30,548 nt of DNA from a virus (lineage: Duplodnaviria; Caudoviricetes). The stretch lies in the IMG/VR virus record IMGVR_UViG_3300020043_002411, positions 1 through 30,548 of that record. One strand, written 5' to 3'. A model generated the notes under the pieces. It did not search any database and was not told the DNA's origin. It saw only the letters and a program-made list of their open reading frames with translations. Numbering within the stretch: position 1 is the first letter of the stretch; each line of letters begins with the position of its first letter. The translations under genes and the position numbers were made by a program. Positions 26,399 through 30,548 of this stretch are shown here, in pieces.

Positions 26399-26824
26399 AT
26401 GGCAAGTTTTAAAGTTAAGTACGCTACAAGAAACAAGTTAGCGAGGTCATTACAGCAAGAGATTAGGTCTTTAGGATTAGTCGACACAGGTGCGTTATAT
26501 GAATCGGTTAGGATTTCCGCAATGACTGGGGACGAACTAAACACGATTAACATGACAATAAACGCTATGTTTTATTATTTGTTTTTAGATGAGGGAACGA
26601 GTAGAGGGATACCGCCTTATTCAATTACAGATAATTGGCTAAGACGAAGCGATGTGCAATCTATTCTTGCTGAAGTAACTCAAGAATATATAGCTTGGCA
26701 GTTTGAAAAATACCCGCTTTTGGAAATGGCTAGAATACTTAACAACCCTAAAATTAGTATTCAGTTCAATTGGATTGATAGTCCTTACCCGAACTTGCCA
26801 ACCGCACCAATGACACCGTTTTAA
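26399..26824 (+). CDS. Probable neck/tail-completion protein (HK97 gp10-like)
   Basis: VDTG.L..S...Y..FLDEGT motifs. Confidence 0.55.
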   Translation: MASFKVKYATRNKLARSLQQEIRSLGLVDTGALYESVRISAMTGDELNTINMTINAMFYYLFLDEGTSRGIPPYSITDNWLRRSDVQSILAEVTQEYIAWQFEKYPLLEMARILNNPKISIQFNWIDSPYPNLPTAPMTPF

Positions 26825-27540
26825 ATTCCGTAAGTTTGCTTCATTGAAAGCATATTAAACACTAAGATAATAGGTAGGTCAGTAAGTTGGTCTACCTTTG
26901 TCAAATCCCCACCGCTCAAATCAAAGATTAAACGTTCCCAGCTAAACTTAGATAGTTTCTTTTCCTCTTCTTCGGCTTTTATATCCTCTTGGTCAAGTTC
27001 GTTTTCGTCTAATTCGTTACTTTCAACAACAGGATTAAACAGATTTTCGTACACTTTTAAGAAGTTATCCCTAAACTCAACAAAGAAAACCACACCACCA
27101 AAGCAATCGTTTATTAGAACGTCTTTAAATTCGTGTTTGCGTTGTTCTAAGTCAAACTGTAAAGGCTCAAAAACACGGTTGCCCCATTCGTCTTGCTTAA
27201 AAACTCGGAATAAAATGCTTAAAATCTTGTCAAAGTTTTGTGCTTCGTTTTCAAATAGGTGGTTTAAGTCGATAAATTCTCCGAGCGTGTACCATTCTTT
27301 AAAGTGAAACCCGTTTATTTCTTGTTTAAAGTTCTTTTCAGGTGCTGACTTTACCCAAGCATACTCTTTAGTCAATGCGCTAAACTCGGATAGGTCTAAA
27401 TTTTGCAACTCTTCGATGTCGGTATCGGTTAAGATTGACAGCCTTTCAAGTTCCAAATCAAATGGAGAATCAAAAGGGATTGTTTCCAACCCCCTTAATT
27501 CCATGAATGTTTCGACTGTTACGTTATGCCACGCTTTCAT
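26821..27540 (-). CDS. Putative tail assembly chaperone
   Basis: 239 aa acidic; W..VTV..F, TLGEFIDL, W...I..L.GGD.TK.D..T.LP...VF..LS; paralogous to 27524..28066. Confidence 0.5.
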   Translation of the reverse strand: MKAWHNVTVETFMELRGLETIPFDSPFDLELERLSILTDTDIEELQNLDLSEFSALTKEYAWVKSAPEKNFKQEINGFHFKEWYTLGEFIDLNHLFENEAQNFDKILSILFRVFKQDEWGNRVFEPLQFDLEQRKHEFKDVLINDCFGGVVFFVEFRDNFLKVYENLFNPVVESNELDENELDQEDIKAEEEEKKLSKFSWERLIFDLSGGDLTKVDQLTDLPIILVFNMLSMKQTYGI

Positions 27541-28066
27541 CTTCAGCTTTTTCTATTTCATTCGTCATTTTCTTAGCAACGTGCCAAATGATAGGTAAAG
27601 CAAACGAAGCCTTTTGGTCAGCAAACAAAGTAGTTTTGTGTTTGATGTGTGCAGGTTCGTAGTGTTCTTTTTCTGTTAAGTCGGTACGCTTATACAACAC
27701 CGCTACCATTTCAGCAATGTACGAGTTTGGATTCTTAGCGATTAATTTCTCAATTGCTTTCAAGTCTTTTACTGACACCTTAAACTCTTCTTTGTACGCT
27801 TCGTAAGTGTAGCCGTCAATTTCAATAGTGCGTTGAATTTCTAAGTCCTTGCTTTCGCTATCGTTAAAAAGACGGATTACTTCTTTGAACTCGTCAAATT
27901 CTAAGTCGTTAATGTCGCTTTCGTCCGCTCCTAAGTAAGTAAAGATTTGATACCATTTTTCAATAGGCTCGTTTTCACTTCTTAAAATTTCATTCACTTT
28001 TGAAAATTGCTTAACGCTCAACTCAGTTGACTTGTTAGGGATTTCATTTTTTCCAATTGTTACCAT
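27524..28066 (-). CDS. Putative tail assembly chaperone paralog
   Basis: 180 aa acidic; colinear similarity with downstream minus-strand ORF. Confidence 0.5.
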   Translation of the reverse strand: MVTIGKNEIPNKSTELSVKQFSKVNEILRSENEPIEKWYQIFTYLGADESDINDLEFDEFKEVIRLFNDSESKDLEIQRTIEIDGYTYEAYKEEFKVSVKDLKAIEKLIAKNPNSYIAEMVAVLYKRTDLTEKEHYEPAHIKHKTTLFADQKASFALPIIWHVAKKMTNEIEKAEDESVA

Positions 28067-28081
28067 ATACTAAATTTTTAA

Positions 28082-28089
28082 CAAATATA
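28082..28089 (-). promoter_or_regulatory. Host-type -7 element for the minus-strand gene pair
   Basis: Reverse complement is TATATTTG, 15 nt upstream of ATG at 28066. Confidence 0.6.
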
Positions 28090-28096
28090 CAATTTT

Positions 28097-28129
28097 TGAA
28101 CAAATAATTTTATATCTACATAATAAGTA
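28097..28129 (+). promoter_or_regulatory. Putative late promoter 4 (abuts ATG)
   Basis: TGAACAA-N14-ACATAATAAGTA(TG). Confidence 0.7.
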
Positions 28130-29106
28130 TGGATAAATTGCCTACTTACAAAATTACTATTGACCCTGAATACAGCGAGGGCGAGGACTTAGGAATCGAA
28201 ATGATTGCTTTTACGTCACGTCCTGCGGTTAAAGTTAAAGGAGTAGCGTTCAATTCACATGAACAAATGTACTTTGCTGACGAGGTTAAAATGCGCATCG
28301 TTGCACCTGCTATGATTCCTATGGAGATTTATAGAAACGATGAGGGCGAAGAGTACTACGTTTCATTCACAGCCGAAGAGATTGAAAAGATACACGCTAA
28401 GTTTATGGAGAATTTATCTAACAAAGATATTTTTAACATTGAACATAATGCGGAAAATAAAGTTCCTGCTTATGTATTGGAAGCATGGATAGTTCAAGAC
28501 CCTAAAAACGACAAAGCGAAAGCATACGGTATTGACGTACCAAAAGGAACGCTTATGCTGACCGCTCAAGTAACTGACGAAGATTACTACAACGAACTTG
28601 TAAAAAGTAACCAAGTAGGATTTTCAATTGAGGGATTCTTAGGTATGAAATTGAACGAACAAAAGACGGAATTAAATAATCAATATAGTATGAAGTTACC
28701 AGATGGAGAGCATCTAATCGAGGGTAAAATCTACGTTGTAGAAGGCGGAGAAGTTATCGAGGTTAAAGATGCACCTGCTACTGAAGTAGTAGAGGAAGAA
28801 ATGGCAACTGAAGTAATCGAAGAAGAAGTAAAAGAGGAAGAAATGGCAACGGAAGAAGTTGTTGAGGAAGAAGTCGCAACTGAAGAAGTTGAAATGGCAG
28901 TCGACCCAACAGCAGACGCTGAAGCTATCATTGCTATCGTTACACCTTTGTTAGATGAAAAAGTTAACGAATTGTTGCAAGTAATTGCAGAATTAAAAAA
29001 TTCTTTGGAAGTAGAAGTTGAGCCTATCGAAGAGGAATTAAAAGAAACTAAATTATCAGCTCACGAAAAATTTAACGCGTTTAGAGACGCATTTTCTAAA
29101 AAATAA
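28129..29106 (+). CDS. Prohead protease (XkdF-like) fused to acidic scaffold
   Basis: PAMIP..IYR, F..EEI, N.EH, E.WIV, P.GT, GFSIEG; Glu-rich C-terminal half with EEEMATE repeats; directly upstream of capsid. Confidence 0.7.
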   Translation: MDKLPTYKITIDPEYSEGEDLGIEMIAFTSRPAVKVKGVAFNSHEQMYFADEVKMRIVAPAMIPMEIYRNDEGEEYYVSFTAEEIEKIHAKFMENLSNKDIFNIEHNAENKVPAYVLEAWIVQDPKNDKAKAYGIDVPKGTLMLTAQVTDEDYYNELVKSNQVGFSIEGFLGMKLNEQKTELNNQYSMKLPDGEHLIEGKIYVVEGGEVIEVKDAPATEVVEEEMATEVIEEEVKEEEMATEEVVEEEVATEEVEMAVDPTADAEAIIAIVTPLLDEKVNELLQVIAELKNSLEVEVEPIEEELKETKLSAHEKFNAFRDAFSKK

Positions 29107-29110
29107 CAAA

Positions 29111-30028
29111 ATGGAAAGAAATTTAAAATTTGACTTGGACATCGAAACAAACGCTTTATTGTGTCCAAACCCGAACGAGTTTTACGGTCGTTCTTACTTA
29201 GCAGAAGATACAGTAGACAACTACCGTACTTTGCCAGGAATTAAAAGTGCTACTAAATTAGCTAACGTAACTTTTGGTAACATATTACAAGCATCTACTT
29301 GTAACTTTACAGCACCAACTGATTCATTAGACGCAGTAGACATCGACGTATGTGCATTGTCTGCAATGGCTCAACTTTGTCAATTCGACTTAGAGCAGTC
29401 TTTCTTAGCTTTGCAAATGGCTCAAGGTTCAAACGGTGATTTTTCAGTAGCTTCTTTCATGAACTTCTACTGGGGAGAAATGGCGAAACAAATTGGCGAA
29501 GATGTTGAGTTGATTCGTTGGCAAGGTGACACAGCAAGTGCAGACGCTACTTTAGCTTTGTGTGATGGTTACATCAAAAAAATGTTAGCAGATGCTGGAA
29601 TCATTGACGTAGCAAATGTAGCTATTACAAGTGCAAACGTTATCGGAGAAATTGTAAAAGTAATCAACGCATTACCGTCAACAGTTTCACGTAAAAAAGC
29701 AGACTTACGTTTGTACGTTGCTTCTAACGTAGCTAACGCTTTGGAATTGGCTACAGCTTCAGGAAACACTCAAACTTACATCACTACTCCATTAGCTTTG
29801 ACTTTCTTAGGTATCAAAGTAGTAGTTGCTGAGGGTATGCCAAACGATACAATGGTTTGTACTGTTAAGAACAACATGATTTACGCATTCGATGGCGAAG
29901 GAGACGGAAAAGCAATCAAAGCAGTTAACTTAGCTGATACAGTTGCAGAGCCTTACTTACGTTCACGTGCAAACTTGAAAGTTGGTTTCTCTTACGTTAA
30001 CCCAACTGAGATTGTTCTTTACTCATAA
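29111..30028 (+). CDS. Major capsid protein
   Basis: 305 aa after protease/scaffold; PGIK, E...WQGD, CDG, LT.LGI.V....GM motifs; narrow codon usage suggesting high expression; followed by terminator. Confidence 0.75.
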   Translation: MERNLKFDLDIETNALLCPNPNEFYGRSYLAEDTVDNYRTLPGIKSATKLANVTFGNILQASTCNFTAPTDSLDAVDIDVCALSAMAQLCQFDLEQSFLALQMAQGSNGDFSVASFMNFYWGEMAKQIGEDVELIRWQGDTASADATLALCDGYIKKMLADAGIIDVANVAITSANVIGEIVKVINALPSTVSRKKADLRLYVASNVANALELATASGNTQTYITTPLALTFLGIKVVVAEGMPNDTMVCTVKNNMIYAFDGEGDGKAIKAVNLADTVAEPYLRSRANLKVGFSYVNPTEIVLYS

Positions 30029-30047
30029 GAATAAATATTAACTTAAG

Positions 30048-30082
30048 AAAGGGAGGGCGGTTAATTCTTCCCTCCTTTTTTT
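30048..30082 (+). terminator. Rho-independent terminator after capsid gene
   Basis: AAAGGGAGGG...CCCTCCTTT stem followed by T-run. Confidence 0.75.
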
Positions 30083-30097
30083 ATAAATTTTAAAAAT

Positions 30098-30548
30098 ATG
30101 TCTTGTACAACACTTACAGCAATCACAAAAGGATGTGATAATAACATCGGAGGGATTACAGCTATCTATATCAATGATATGGATAACATTACTTCGACTA
30201 CAATCGATTCAGCTACGTACATGGTAGACGCTCAAGTAGTGTCATCTAACTATGAAGCATTTGAATTTAGACGTAACACAGGAAACTTTACAGAAGAAAC
30301 TGCGGTAGACTTCGCAAACGGTTCTTCTTTTGTTACTGCAACAGTTACTTTGATGTTCCACCGTAGAGAGGCTTCAAAATCTAAGGCTATCAAAATCCTT
30401 TCTGAAGGACAAAGAGACTTAGCTTTAATCGTTAAAGATGCAAACGGAAAATATTGGTACTTCCCATTTGCTCAACTTTCAGCAACTGCTGAGGGTTCAG
30501 GAACAGCAAAAGCAGACGGTTCAAAATATTCTGTTACATTCATCGCAG
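30098..30548 (+). CDS. 3'-truncated probable major tail tube protein
   Basis: MSCTTLTAITKGCDNNIGGI...IVKDANGKYW...GSGTAKADGSKYSVTF, open to window end; absent from ORF track because there is no stop. Confidence 0.65.
   Translation, partial: MSCTTLTAITKGCDNNIGGITAIYINDMDNITSTTIDSATYMVDAQVVSSNYEAFEFRRNTGNFTEETAVDFANGSSFVTATVTLMFHRREASKSKAIKILSEGQRDLALIVKDANGKYWYFPFAQLSATAEGSGTAKADGSKYSVTFIA

Noticed and set aside
27524-27560. Programmed -1 frameshift fusing the two chaperone-like ORFs
   Set aside because: The second ORF is in the +1 frame, has its own ATG, and has a TAG five codons upstream
28780-28900. GAAGAAATGGCAAC-type DNA repeats
   Set aside because: Explained by EEEMATE protein repeats in the acidic scaffold
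862-29769. Short antisense or alternate-frame ORFs in the track (e.g. 862, 2264, 4058, 12808, 13362, 17581, 23943, 27416, 28731, 29569)
   Set aside because: They lie within longer genes with recognisable motifs and show no signals of their own; shadow ORFs
1-30548. Integrase/attP, tRNA, or stop-codon recoding
   Set aside because: No recombinase motifs or cloverleaf seen; long genes are intact in the standard code

Overview
This window is most of the genome of a small, AT-rich tailed dsDNA phage (siphovirus-like), very probably infecting Bacteroidota (Flavobacterium-like). The host call rests on TAnnTTTG host-type promoters, A-rich start regions without Shine-Dalgarno motifs, and the gene families. 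It appears circularly permuted, starting just upstream of the portal gene and ending inside a probable major tail gene. Modules in order: portal and head-tail adaptor; lysis (holin, u-spanin-like, metallophosphoesterase, M15 endolysin); an early region of small ORFs; replication (DnaA-domain-IV-like protein, initiator with iterons, MTase, DnaB-like helicase); recombination (NinG, HNH, ERF, exonuclease, SSB-like); a sigma-like late regulator; terminase; tail genes; protease/scaffold; capsid. I saw no integrase, polymerase, tRNA or CRISPR. The most interesting signals are non-coding. (1) A ~60-nt promoter/hairpin/terminator unit after the endolysin has a loop antisense to the AACGATGAA start region of four early genes. 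(2) Two promoter-proximal leaders share a two-hairpin kissing-loop architecture with fully co-varying loops, upstream of the replication initiator and the HNH gene. (3) A four-copy bipartite late promoter mostly abuts the ATG. (4) A 19-bp junction repeat separates small early ORFs like cassettes. All family assignments are from recognised motifs by eye; no database searches were run.
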